A stretch of DNA of 64,000 nt from Kudoa neothunni (taxonomy: Eukaryota; Animalia; Cnidaria). The notes below the pieces were generated by a model. That model was not told the origin of the DNA and ran no database searches. It worked only from the letters and a program-made list of their open reading frames with translations. How positions within the stretch are numbered: position 1 is the first letter of the stretch; the number at the start of each line of letters is the position of its first letter. Below are positions 26,911-41,218 of this stretch, piece by piece. Where the stretch lies: positions 2,417,329-2,481,328 of the forward strand of contig OZ199838.1 of NCBI GenBank assembly GCA_964304625.1, in the 5' to 3' direction. The position numbers and the translations under genes were made by a program.

Positions 26911-29900
26911 ATTATTTTGGTTTCACTCACTTATTCAACCTGTATTGTCATTTAAACCTACTCGTTTCTAAGTGTCAGCTCACTCTCTCCAAACTACTTT
27001 TATTTATGTAGAGGGATATCAGAATAATAAGTTAAAGCACGCTTAATTTGTTTCCGCGCAAATTGAGTTCAAATCAAGTTCAGTGGTTGTCAGTTAGTGT
27101 GTAATAAAGCTACAGTTCAATGAGTGAGTTCACATCGTCAAGTTAGATTTTAAGATTGTTTGAGCACAATCCAGTTATTTTACGTGTACTGACTGGAGAG
27201 GAGTTTAAACCCCTGTGAATAATTTCAGCTCTACCACCCCTGGGTGTAATCAAATAATTATAATTCATAGCTTAAATAGTTTCTATTTTCATTCTTCGGT
27301 TTCAATAGGTAGAGTTAATGAATTTTCTAAAGATAATTTTGTTAGAACGCCGAAATTAATAATTCAAATAAGATAAGGATAACTTTTTGAGTAAGGAGTA
27401 GAAGAGGTTATTTTTATAACTGTGTTGAACTATTATCGCGGTTTACAAAATAATGAGGTCAAAACTATCAGAAAATACTTTATTTACGATAATATTTATC
27501 CAAAATCGTGATTTAAATAAAGTATGAATGGGAGTCAAGTAAGATAATGGATAGTTAGATATGGATTGGCAAAATTCTGTACTGTTATTGAATATTTTCA
27601 TTTGAATATTTTTCGATGTATTTGACGCCATGACTTCTAATTGGATTATTGGAATAGACAATCTACATGTTGAAAGCATTCGCAACGCATTATTCCTCCA
27701 CTTTCTATTTATCGTGGTTTGTAACAAAGAATTATTATTTGGGTAATGGTAAAGTAGTAGGTGGCATCTGAAAAATACTATCTTGAGCCTGTTTACTCTC
27801 GTTGTTTTTTATGGTGTTTATAATAAAATGAACGAATTGTGTTTGAAAAACTTTACTGTCAAAAAGTACATCTTACTTTTCATATATTCTCAGATAGGCA
27901 ATAATCATTGCATACTTAATCCATTTTTGCATTCGACAAACATTCGATTAATCTTTAACCTGATTCAATAACTATTAAAAAATCATGTTATTTTATATTT
28001 CTAATTTAATAAATTATTGTTACCAAGGTGATTATTAGTAATCAACCGTTTAGTATTCCTAGTTCGATATATATCGTAGCTTTTAATAATATGGCCTCTA
28101 TGCATGCAGCTAACAATTATAAATATTGATTTTAATTGATTTATTTTGTTATAATTGATTGTCGTTGGTCGGATTCCTTCAGGATTCTATCGGATCATGT
28201 ATATTTGATTTATCATCAATTTGATCACTGATGTTAGGCTCTCAGGGATACGTGTATAAAAGAAATCAAATTGTATTTGATAATCAAGTCCACAGTTTGT
28301 TATAGAAAATATTTAAACGCCATCCACATTGTTATCATTATCCATTAGTCGTAGTTACATTATTTACTTTAAATGTAATAAAAATCCTTTCTAGATTATT
28401 TTTAAAAATTTTTTAATTTTGGTCAGCGATTAAACTCCGTTTAAATGAAGAAATTAATTCCATAGGTATATCATTTATTTTATGAAAAATATTAAAGTTG
28501 ATTTAACCCTAAAACAATCTAATAACGAAAGCGTACAAACTTTTTATTTTTTTTGTTTATGTACATTAACCACAGATCTTAGTTTAAAATCAACGAATCT
28601 ACTGAGTACTAAAGAACAACACGCAACCCTGCAATGAAACCAATATACTAATAAATGTATCCACGTGGATAAAATTTATAATTATAATTTAAGGTTTTTT
28701 TTCTGTGTTGATTATTAGTTCGATTTTTAATGTTTAATAGATTAACCATAAATAATTTTTATTAATATAAAAATAGGAAAACTTTGAAATAAACGTTTAA
28801 GCTCGTTTTACTTCTTTAAAATAAAAATCACCAAATAATGATAATACACTTTGATTTGGTGATATTGTTAAATTTAATGGTGATTAAACTTAGAGCGCAC
28901 TATTCATTTTCTAGCATCTATAAAAAATTTACTTAAATAATTCCAAATGTTTCCTTAATAGCTTTAAAGACTTATAAGATAGAACTGCACCTTATAAAAC
29001 GATAAAATGATTACACATAACGTAAAGTGCTCAATGTCCACCTACGCAATAACCGTTGTTGATTGTATACGGATCCGTAGCAATAGCCGCTGCGTTAAAT
29101 TAGCCACGCGCGCGCATCAAAATTTAGGGAAAAAATCAGAATATGTTATGGGCTTAGTTGTTGAAACTCTCAGAATTTGATTAAAATTATCATTCAATTT
29201 ACCTCATAATAGATAAATAAATATTTGTTAATGTATCAATAAATCAGGCGTGGTCCAATAAGGAGTTGAGAATTGGTTCGCCTTTATTATATCATTCTAT
29301 TCGACATAAATTATATTCAGTACTATACTGGTAGCGGTCGGTTATGTTTATCGGCGTGGATTATGCCACGCTTTCGAGTAAGTTTTTCGGTATCTGCAGA
29401 TAATAAGACATGAGAAATCAATAAAAATTATTAATACAAATATAATATCGATCCAAGTTCGAATATTATGTAGTCAAATATTGTCGATAAATAAAATCCC
29501 TTATGATTGTGTATAATCATCGGCACGACATCGCATATACTGAGACCACTAGCCTGATTTTACTAAACATATACATTTGTTGTGCTGGAAAACATGGGAA
29601 TTAATATTTTGAATTCACAAGATAGTTAGAGTGATTAGCTGTATATAACTGGGCTCAATAAATAATTAGTTTAAATACTCAGCTCCGAATTTATTAAACT
29701 AAATTATTCGACTGAGATCGAATATTTTGAGAATAATCGTGAATTTGTAGTTAATATAATAAGGAGATGGATAATATCGAATATAGAAAGTGTATTTTAA
29801 AAGTAACAAATGTCTTCTGAATTATTGCTGTGGTAATGCAGGAAACTGGGCGATTAGATCACTTTGTTAGTAGGTTTATTCTGAGGGAGGATGCAATAGG

Positions 29901-30113
29901 TGGTAAGTTATGAATTAACACGCACCAGTAATATCAGTTAGTATAATGAACGATACGAATTGATAATCTCACAATAAAAAATCATTTCAAATGATAAAAT
30001 ATTAAGAGGATTGAGGGATTACGAATATAGTGCAGACCTGCCTTATTGATTCGATTCTCTATTTGTGATATCGTGAATTCATCGTTTCATACGAGCAACA
30101 CATTCTATAGAAT

Positions 30114-32792
30114 ATGGTGAACAAGATGAACAATATAGAAACACCCGGAGAAAAAGTAAAGAAATTGGCTACTCTCCCATACAACAAAATATGTGGTGAT
30201 TGTAATATGGGACGGTCAGTTTCAACCAATGCCACCATTGGAACATTTGTTTGCATTGATTGTGGAAATGTTTTGTAGTTGATTATTAACATTTGATTGA
30301 ATTCTTCGTCAACTATAACTATAATAATTAAATTTTTATTTTAGACGTTCCATAGTCCCACCTCATCGTATTCAATCAATATCATTTACGAACTATAGTC
30401 ATAATGATTATAAATTGTTTCAAATTCACGGAAATGAGGTAATGGATGAAATATGCTATTTTTGTTTCCACGATTTATGATACATATGGGACTGATAGAT
30501 GTGCAAAAAAATCTGGCTTAAATATTTCAACCCACGGAATGAATATTACTCTAAAAAGATAGACGATAGAGTACGTGTTCAATACTTAACCGATAAATAT
30601 GTGCACAAACGCTGGTTGGCTAAAGATGAAGATTTTGACAAGCTAAAAATTGAACTATCTCAAAAACAATTATCTAATAACCAAAAAGTAATATTTCCAT
30701 CTATATACAATAATAAAAGACAACATAAAAGGAACAAACCACAAGCAATACATCAATTAGCGGTATGTCATCAAACAATCTGTCAACAAGCTTTAGAAAA
30801 TGTGAAGCCCCAGACTATATAGAACGTCCAGTCTTATGTATATTTTAATCTTGTTATTATTTTTTCGACAAAATATATTTAAATTTAAATAAAATCCCAA
30901 CATAATGTTTTTACGAATTTTATTAAATTTGCTGTTTTGTTATTAAAGTAGTTCGTCGTAATTTTTATTGGAATGAGATTAAATATTTCGCAATTTTTAT
31001 GAGCGTGTGAATGTTAAGCGAAAGTGAATATGTTGTAATAATTTAAATTTTAGCTATTGTTAACAGTAGAACTAGTTCACTTTATGATCCGAACGATCTA
31101 ATGAACCCCAAATTAGGTAAGAATACTCTCGTTGTTATATTTATCGTTAAAAAATTTATTAAGGGAGTGGAGTATCGACACAAAAAAACGAAAACATTTT
31201 CGATCCTTTTGATGAAACTTCCACATTACCCAACATTCAATCGAAGGCTCCTATGGAATGTATCTTCTCAAATGATCCATTCGCGCCAATTGTCAATAAT
31301 GCCAAGTCTGAAAACAATTTATTTGATGTTTTTACCAACAATGAACCGAATGGAATTAACAGCAAACTAGCACCTACCACAAAAGTGGAATTCCATTCAA
31401 CCTCACAGTTAGACGCCCATACGAAATCCCCTTTCGATACTAATTTTAGCTCCACAATCGAATTAAACCCATTTTCTATCGTTAAACCTGATATGAACCA
31501 ATTTCCTATTAAGAATAGTTCGAATATATTTCAAAAAAATGCTAGTATGGGCGATATTTTTGGCGCTGCATCGGTGACTGACCGAACAAGAGAGTCATTC
31601 TCTTCCCCCTTTGACAAAAGTGCTGCATCAACTACACTTAGTCATTCGGTTGCCGCCCAAGACAGGAACTCATCTGTCATTGGCAATTTTGTCGCATTTA
31701 ACCCGTTTGATTCGATATCTGAAGTTGCTCCCATTACCGCTGCCCACCCGAATAAACCTCTTCTAAATTGTTCTTTGAATGTGGTTCCGAACTCCAGCAA
31801 TAAATCTGATTTCCCTAAGAATTCTAATGATTTATTCAATCATTCCACTTTTAACAGCCGTACTCTAATTGTCGTATGGATATTTAGTACAATCTCTATT
31901 TAGATTTCAACCCACACATCACTAGCACTCAATCTGAGAATTTATTTTCAACAATGAATCCACAGTCATCTTCTTCAAGGTCGGAAATTGATTTTTTCAC
32001 CCCAACTACTCTGCTACCAAACAATAATACCAACGCCAAAACTTCACAAATGCATAATTTCTCAATGGCTGGACAAAATCGAGCTTCTACACTTAAACAC
32101 CATGCATCCAATTCCACTCAACTCGGGATATCAACCAACAGAACCACAAGCCAATCTACACATTCCCCGTTCGATAATTTTATGCCAGTCTCCTCCAACT
32201 CAATGACTGCACCTTCTTTTAATGCTGAAACAACTATGATTGATTCCTTTAATAATGCTACCACTAATTTTAACTCAAGTAATCAATCGCATAGCAACTA
32301 TTACCAAAATAACAATAAAAACATCAATTTATTCAACACAAGTAACCAAGATTTCAGTGGCCGTATGCATAGTTATGGTTCTAATGGTGATCTATTCAAC
32401 AACTTTCAATCTAACCAACCCGGATCTAAATACGATGCACTTAGAGATGTAACATTTTAATTAAATTAAGACATAAAAATATAATTATTTAGCTGCATAC
32501 GGAAACTCATCAAATAACACCATTTGTCACCACCTCAATCCCACCTCCAGAGCTTCCTCATTTTGATGACCTGGATGCGTTCAAAGAAATGGGATTTGTA
32601 ATTTTTATTTCTAACTGCAACTAATGTGTGTTAATACATGGCGATTTAGTCAAAGGTTCCTGTAGTTAAACCTGTGGAGAAAAAAAAGCTAACTTTGTCT
32701 CAAATGGCGTCAAAATCCAGCTTAGACACTGTTAGCAGTAACATGGTAATGTTTTATTACTTTATCATTTTTATATTGCAAAACAGAAATGA
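30114..32792 (+). CDS. AGFG1: ArfGAP with NPF/Phe-rich low-complexity tail (AGFG1/drongo-like)
   Basis: CGDC-x16-CIDC-x4-R zinc finger, PPHRIQSIS, HGNE/CKKIWL and DKYVHKRW, followed by NPF/SPF/DPF motifs and KYDAL. The 3' exon boundaries are approximate. Confidence 0.85.
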
Positions 32793-34306
32793 TACTACCA
32801 CAAAGAATAATATTTATATACATATAAACGATACAGATTGATGGCATTTAACTCTATTATATATTATCAACGTAATTTAGAGCTATTTATTTGTTTATTT
32901 ATGTTAATGTTGACTTAGACAATTACAAATTCGATTGAATACAATAATACGTTTGACAAACATATTATATTGCTACTAGTTTCTCCTTCATATTTTATAA
33001 TTTCGTGTTGTTACGCTTTTATTTTATATAATAAAATCACAAGAATTTCAAAAATTATGTAAAAATTCATTTTAAATGTCTCTTTTACAAATTAACATGT
33101 TTCACTGTAAATAACATCTACGCGATAAAGCCAATAAATTAAATTTATGTTTGAAATTATAAAGTTCATTCAAACTATACAAGATTAGAAAAAGAGCAGG
33201 GGCACACAAACACCAGCTATCGATGAACTATGAGACGAGCGACGAAAACTAATTAAATTACAATAGAACTTAAATATTTAATTATTTTTTGATCAGTGAA
33301 CAAGTTCTGCAATATATCAGCGCTTCTAAGCTCGAATTGGACCCCCCACCCCTTCTGTGTACGATAAGGCGTAGCCCACCCAAAATTTTTCGGAAACTTT
33401 ATCTTAAATTTTATAAAAACCTGATTTCACAAGTTATATTAGTACATAAAATTTTTATTCATTATTTCATTAAAATAATTAAATAAATAAATGATATTTT
33501 TATCATTGTATTGGTTTTCTTTTCTTTAGGTTGTATAAACAACAATTTCAAGAAGTTTTTCTTTGGACCGAGTTTTCTGCTTTCACACAGTATAATACCT
33601 GTGCGCTTATTGATACTATATCCGACAATGTGTGGAACATAACCACTGGCCATCTTTTAATTGTTAGATAGATTAAATAATTAACACATATTTGATCAAC
33701 AGTGTCTATTTCTCCCTTGGTGGAATGAAATAATTTATGGATAATTTTTACGCTGTAAATTTATTATTGGCATATGATATAATGAGAATAATAAAATAAC
33801 AGAATTTTAAAATGTAACTTTATTTTTTGAGGAAATCATATGTATAACTAAATTATTTAACACTTTATCCTGAAAAATAAACTTCACATATCATTTTCGG
33901 GAATAAAATTGTCAGGAATATCGATTTTGTAATTATCTTTGATACTATTACGTTTCCTTTTCTTGGAAAATGGGTTTCCAGGATGAACAGTCCGTTCAAA
34001 ATTTTTACCACAAAGCATCTCATCGTTTGACTTAAAAATTTCTTATATTGAAACATTGGTAATTTAATCATCTTAATTTTTATATTTACAATATTTAGGA
34101 CTGGATTCATCACTGTTTTTCATCAATAAATTATCATAACAAGAGTTGTTACTACAAGATTCCATCCATGTCTGACAGATTTGAACTGGCATTTTCACAG
34201 TAAAAATTTTATTTAAAGCACATGGTGAATCCAGTTAAAAGTTTTTGCGAAAATAAATCCACGTGGAGTCCATTGAACTCTGCCCGTGCTCCGAAGAGTT
34301 AAGGGG

Positions 34307-34869
34307 CAGGGCTGCCAGCGGGGTTTGAGCAAAACCCAACGATGGACAGTCAAAAAACCCAAGTTTAAGTACAAAAGCCCAAGGTCGAGAAAAACGCTAA
34401 AATACAAAAAATATAATCGTATCTATTAAAGTTTCTAATCTTTTTAAGATTCTATAGTTACGTTTTTAGATATTAAATTGAAATTTATCGTCGTATTATT
34501 GTAATTTTTTGGCGCAAACACTCACTCATATTTAATGCCTAGTATAGATCAACATGCCCACAGTTAATCACTTCCTAGTTCAAGATATATTTTTAACCAA
34601 CGTTCAAATTTCCTGATAATGTTCGACAATGTTCGGCAACGTTTACTGAGTAATTATGTAATCCTGCCACGCTAAACAATTGAATGTGATGTCGTTCAAT
34701 ATCGTAAATGTTTAAATTTTAAACACTACATGATACAATCTGAATAGGATGCGTTACTAAAAATATAACTATTAATGCCACACAAAAATTTTTTTGTTAT
34801 TATTCAATGTTTACAGGCATCCATAGAAAATACAAGATCTTGGAGAAAACTCAAGTCCTGACAACCTTG
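34307..34869. mobile_element. Degenerate hAT-like MITE
   Basis: Ends cagggctgcca / tgacaaccttg. TSD ttaagggg vs ttaaaggg (7/8). Subterminal aaacccaa repeats. Confidence 0.55.
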
Positions 34870-34949
34870 TTAAAGGGAATTAGGGGGGTTTTCAATAAGT
34901 TGAGCAACAATTAGTTGAGAGAATAGGTTGTAAATTCATTCACTTAGAA

Positions 34950-37900
34950 CAGCGGTCGGCGACCGATATGGCTGGAAGAGCCAATTATTGATGATGGCAG
35001 AAATTTTTCCACTTCCGGGGTCGCACATTACATATAGACTCGAAAATCAAAATATGTACCTTTGAAACCATGAAAACATACATTCCAGAAAAGTCTGGAG
35101 AAAAGTATCGAATTAGTCTATCTATGCGGGATTTTGTAATTAATTAACCTACTATTTTAATTATTAATATATTTAACGCAGAAGGAACAATAAAAAAATT
35201 ATACAGTTGAATTTTTCTGATTATTACAAGTAATATTGTAATTTCAGTTTAAATAGTTTCCATTATGACAAATAAGAAACTCTACCACCAATCTCTTTAC
35301 AACAAGTATCACAAAAAATCTGTCTTTATAAATATTATCGTCAACGAAATTAAAATTTCAAACCTACAATTAAATCTCTTAAATTTGAAAGAATAACATA
35401 CTTTCTAGTGTATCTTCCTGAATATGATTATTTTAACCGCATTTTATATGGGGTTTTCTTCGTAATAAAACTAAAGAACGTTTAATATTACAAGTGAATT
35501 CCTTTGTATGGATAACGTTTAATAAAAATGTATGTTTAACTACTTTTTTATCTAAAAAAGTTTATTCAACATAATTTTTAAACTATCAACACTCTCATAA
35601 GTCTAATTTCAAGGTTTAAAAAATGTTGTGCAGATCAACAAATAATATGTATTTTGTATAATTCTCGAAAAGTTTATTTGAAAAGAGTTTCAGTTTATTA
35701 TTGAACTTTTTATTAAGGAGAAATTCTAAGTGATGATAATAAATAATTTTCTAATTTTGAAACGGAAAAAATTGAGAACATTTAGAGTTATTGTGTCTCG
35801 TCAATAATTGTAACTGTCTGTATAGGACAATGTCTGTGAAGAATTCTTAATATTTATAAGTTTTTTGTTTTTGCTGATTCTTTTCTTTCTGTATTTAACT
35901 TTTATGTTGCAAATTATGAAAATTAGTTCAAGTTGGTTAAGTTGGAGTACCATACATTCTTCCATTGTCCATATATTTCCATTAACCCATTCAGGGTTTT
36001 CGTTGCGTTTTCGCAACAAAATGTATTTGATTATATAACAACATATAAAATTATTATTTCAGATGTATTCTGTCATTTTAAACCCCCAAACATAATAATT
36101 TACGGGAAAAAATATTATTGGAGTTAATTCATATTTTAAAGTTGAACAAAATATGATTTTATGTGCTATTTTTGAAATTCCAACCGAAAACCCCGAATGG
36201 GGGTAATTGAGCGCTGCTTTAAGTATCAATGTACAATGGAGCCAAACTCGTACATGAATCTTTTTGATGCAATCAAAGAGTATGAAGATAACGAAAATCT
36301 AGAGTCGATTGATTTTGTGTTATTACCTCCTGAAAAATTCGACGCTCTTACAGATACTGAGGATAATTTTGAATCCAATTTTAATGGTATATATGACCTC
36401 AATTTAATTCCTGGGACGTATGGAGAAATTAAAGTATTTTCTGAGGCGTTTGAATCCTTTATAAACGACGGTACCTTGATATGGACTGATAAAACTAATA
36501 TCGTTTCTACTCAAGAAAAATCAAAATTTTTGTCCGAATGAGACCATATCAATCAATCAATCAATCGGAATATAGATAATTTTTCATCAATACTTGAAAG
36601 GAACCTAAATTCTTGTGGAACTTTTTTGGAGTTATTTAATGAAAATTGATTTACACGCATTATGAAACAAACTAATTTATATGCGAACCAGAATAGCGGT
36701 CATGACTTTCATGTTACGATTAGTGAAATGAAATCTTTTATTGGCATTTTGATTTTGTCTGGTTATCATAGATTAGCACGCCAATCTATGTATTGGGAAT
36801 CCTATCCAGGCAGGCGCTGGTGTTGAAGTCGTTAAAAATTCAATGACCTACAAACGCTTCAAATCTATAAAAAAATTCATTCATTCATTCATTCATTCTA
36901 ATAATAATAATTCAATTATTGACACCACCGATAGATTTTTCAAGGAACGTCCCTTAATTCAAGAATTCAACAAAAATTTCAAAAAATTCGGAATATTTGA
37001 AAAATATATATCTGTGGATGGGCAGTTGCAGTTGATACATTATACTGGTAGGCATTCCGCTAAAATGTTTATGAAAAATAAACCAATTAGATTCGACTTC
37101 AAGCAGTTGCAGTGGGTTATGTCGTCATCCTCCGGTTATATGTATAGTTTTGACGTGTATAGTGGAAAGTCAGCAAATTATGATAAAAAAGGTCTCACTG
37201 TGTTCTTCGATAATTTTTTTACTTCTCATAAATTATTACAAGAGCTCAAAAGAAGAAATATCAAGACTACTGGAACCTTAAGATCGAACAGAATATCAAA
37301 TTGCCATGTTATTCCCCAAAAAGTAATGGCAAAAAAACCAAGAGGAGAATTTGAGATGTTTTCTGATGATCAACAAGGTATTCATCGCATTCAATGGAAT
37401 GATACAAAACCTGTTATCGCATTGAGTAATTGCTACACCGCTCACTCTCCTCAAAGCATCAAAAGATAGTGTAGGTCAAAGAAAAAAGAAATTACTATTT
37501 GTCAGCCATTTATGATATGTGCATATAATAAGTTAATGGATGGAGTAGATATTGCCGATAATTTAATTTCTTGTTATATAATTAACATAAAAGGAAAAAA
37601 ATGGTATTGGTTCATTATTACGAATATGATATCAATAGCAGTAGTAAATTCATGGAGTATTTATAATATTGTAAATAACACACAAATTGACTAGTTGAAG
37701 CATGATGTCCGGAATATTGTGACTGACTTGGTAACATCCACAAAAACCAAAATTAGCCGAAAGTCTCTGTTGGGTAAATTGCAGAACGCAAATCTATGTA
37801 ATAAACCAACATTGGTGTCTCATCCTCACAAAATATGACGTAGATGTGTGGTGTGTAAAAACACTACCGTTCATATTTGCAAAAGTTGTGGAACTTATAT

Positions 37901-38800
37901 TCATACAAAGTGCTCTGGGCTGTTCCACAAGTAAATGATTAAAATTATAGTTTTCTTTTAGATTACTTTTTTCCCCATGTATTGGACAAATATTATTTAT
38001 GCCCGTTGTAATCTTATTCCCACACAAGGAAAGTTTTTCGTTGCATTTCTGGAATCTAAATAATTCTTGAATATACTCTTCTATAATTTAATTTTTTCTG
38101 ATTATTTCTAAGATGGTTATAATAATAGTTATTTAACTCTAACACCAGATATGTAACAACTACAAAATTGTAATTTAAATGGGCTAATGGTGTAAAACTT
38201 AATATCTCATGGCAAAATGAGACATTAGTTAGAGGTGTTGTTATCAGTAAGGAAATATTGTTGAAATATGAACTAAAAATAATTTTTTATCGCTAATCTG
38301 GGTTAAGAATACCGAGTGACACTCAAACGTACTACAGCCCATGTCTTTAAAAAATATAGCAAACAAAATAATATAAATCTCTCGATAATATATCACATAG
38401 TTATTACTTAATTGTTGTTTAAAATTCAGTGTTTTTGTTAATTTCGTTTGTCACGTGATACACAAATTTACGTACCGCATAAGTTTTTCGTTGCGTTTTC
38501 GCAACACGCAAAAACCCACATATCTTAGTAAGGAGGGGGAATTTTAAAATCAATAATAACATTGTTAGTTTTACTTAATATTACAATCTTACAAAAATAT
38601 AAAATTGGAACCTGAAAGGGTTAATAAATGAATGATTTATGTCCAATGATAATCCAAAATTTGAAAGTAATGTGAGTTCAGCGAATAGGTATTATATAAC
38701 GTTTTCGCGTTTTAACCCAATGATATTGTAGTTTATATAATGTACATAAGATGGGGAACCGCACTTATGACCTTTGCGAGTCGCAGGTTGCCGACCCCTT
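34950..38800. mobile_element. hAT/Charlie element hosting a nested piggyBac
   Basis: Left end cagcggtcggcgacc..ggctggaagagcca, right end gcgagtcgcaggttgccgacccctt. TSD acttagaa vs acttaaac (6/8, nnnTAnnn). Confidence 0.72.
35986..38620 (+). mobile_element. Full-length defective piggyBac element (PGBD3-like transposase pseudogene about 36233-37935)
   Basis: TTAA-cccattcagg ... cctgaaaggg-TTAA. Subterminal palindrome gttgcgttttcgcaac near both ends (about 36002 and 38490). Transposase motifs SVD, FDNFF, GVD and the Cys-rich tail are present, with stops and frameshifts. Confidence 0.93.
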
Positions 38801-38860
38801 ACTTAAACTCACAGTATAATTAAATTTAACTTGGAAAATTTAATAGCAAGGAAGAAGATC

Positions 38861-39669
38861 ACAAAAGAAGAATGACTGCTCATTACAGCCACCAAATTAA
38901 ATAATTTTGGTGTTATTGTTGAAACGAAGCAGGTGATCTAGCATACCGGGTGCCATCAACAGTAACACGTACACCATTAATCAACGCAAGAGCAATCACC
39001 AAATAGCCAGTTTTATAGAGAGTTGGCATTTTGAAGCCGTAACCAAGATCCCAAACCTAAAATAATATATTATTAGAGAATGTTGAATTGAATTATCGAT
39101 CAAAGTCAAAATCGTTTACCAAATGTCGAATTCCATTTAAAAAATGATAAGAAACTCCAGCTACACATCCGAACTTGGCGAGAACAATCAAAGGATATGG
39201 TACATAATGTTTCAAGGTTTCAAGAATAGTGACCCAACTATAGGGTAGGAACGACATAGCCGCCACACCGACTGACACTATAAAATGTCAAAATGGATAT
39301 AATTATTCCTACGAACAGGTATCTACCAAGGGTAAATATGAATCCAGTAGTGCGATGGCTACCAGATAGAAGTGGCGGTAGTTCCATTTTATAAATGGAT
39401 AAATGTGGCGATACGGGTCTATTCAACTGGATATTCTTTCGCATGAATTTTTGTCCATGTTCAACCGTCATAAATCTCTTTACGGCAGCTGCATCTATTC
39501 TATACCGAAGGCAATCTTTTAAACTCTCATAACCAACTGAACTACCTTTTAGGAAACGAAATAGCGACAAAGCGGGGTGGAAATCGAAAAGTGCATAAAT
39601 TAGATATTTTACTTAAATTTCTAACTGATAATAAATTCACAACAATAGCAGGAAAAATCACCCCAGCAT
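38861..39669 (-). CDS. SDHC: Succinate dehydrogenase cytochrome b large subunit
   Basis: NRPVSPHLSIYK, SGSHRTTG, YHFLNGIRHL/VWDLG, and a basic N-terminal presequence-like segment across short introns. The terminal exons are approximate (alternative stop near 38913). Confidence 0.92.
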
Positions 39670-41218
39670 AACCGTTTAAAAGTTAAAATCACCGGAAACG
39701 AGAGGCTACGACTGGGATTTCGTACGATTTAATTAAACACGGACAACCAACACGTTCTAGCTACTTAGGAATTCATCTTTGTCAGCCTAGTGTTAGCAAC
39801 ATAATAACTTCTTTTTTTAATTTTCTAAATCGTGTGTTTACCAATAAAATAACGGACCAACCATCTGCATTATTATTGTCATTGCTGATCAGGTATCATC
39901 CATGGATAGATTAAGACGCGCCACACTTGCTTGTTATTAATTGGAATAAGATAATGAAATATCAACTGGCCAAGGCCGCATTACTTAAAGGGAATTGAGT
40001 GTAAGCACGCAGCTGTAATCCTCTGTTTAGTTGAGAAGTGATTTGGAGTTCGTGACATGATGCCGCTTCGATGAGTATTTGGATTAACACTAAAAATATT
40101 ACAACCAAAAACTCCCTAGGTGAAATTTCCCCCTTTCAGATTATTACAAGTTACAGCAAACTTCACTATGTATAGTCGATTGTTTGTAAACGAAATTGTT
40201 AGCATTAGAATGCGCGTGTAATACGTTAAATTAATAAAGCAACTTGCTACATAGAAACTAATCTTTAATCACAAGAATTATTTCCTACCGATAATTAATC
40301 TGTCACGCACTTATTTATTCATTCCAATTCATTTATAATTCGAATTAACAATTCCGCCCATGCGTCTCAATATCGGTAGGGCATGTGCAACTTGTATTAT
40401 ACGACGCAACAATATAAACGTCATCCAAGTTCCCAAGCAATTCACAAGTACGACTTAACGTAAGTAGATTAGATGCGAAATAAACCGAGTTAATTTTAAC
40501 AATCAAAGCCGCTCCTTTTTTTAATGCCATTAGTCGCAATAAGACGATTAACAGGAGACTAATCCGATGAGAGTGTCGGTGTTGGTGGGTTGTGGTGTTG
40601 TTGTTTGTTCAGCTAATAGTTGGTGCACATATTGGACCGGTAGTGTGACATTAACCCACCCGCCCAAACGTATTCAGCATACACTTGAGGGTTTAATTAA
40701 AATGATGCATCCTTTATTGGTACGCACTTAAAATTAACCACCAAAACAACTACACTAGCTTGTACCACCAGTCAAATAGGTGTTAGATTAGGGCGTGGGG
40801 ATTGTCTCACTGAGGAATATTTTTAATATTGATAGGATTGTTAGTTGGTATATTTGCGTGTTGAATTGTTAACAATTTAAAATGCAACTGGGAAAACGTG
40901 TTTGCTAGGTGTTTTATTCGGGTAAGGTGATTTGTTAATGGGACTAACGTTCAATCTCTCAGCACTCTAGTCAACCAATCGTTGCCAATAGAAATTATCG
41001 CGTATTATAGTTTTGGTGGCAAAATCCGATTACCACGATCACAGGATCTATTCATTGGATAACGCTGGTTGATCCATAAAAGAGGCGGTACTACGCATTT
41101 ATCCGCTATTCATCGTTTGTTCGGCCGCGAATTATAACACCGTCATATTGATTCGAGCAGCTCCAATATTATTGATTGTTCATTAGTCAATCAACGAACC
41201 ACCATTACTAATAGCGCA

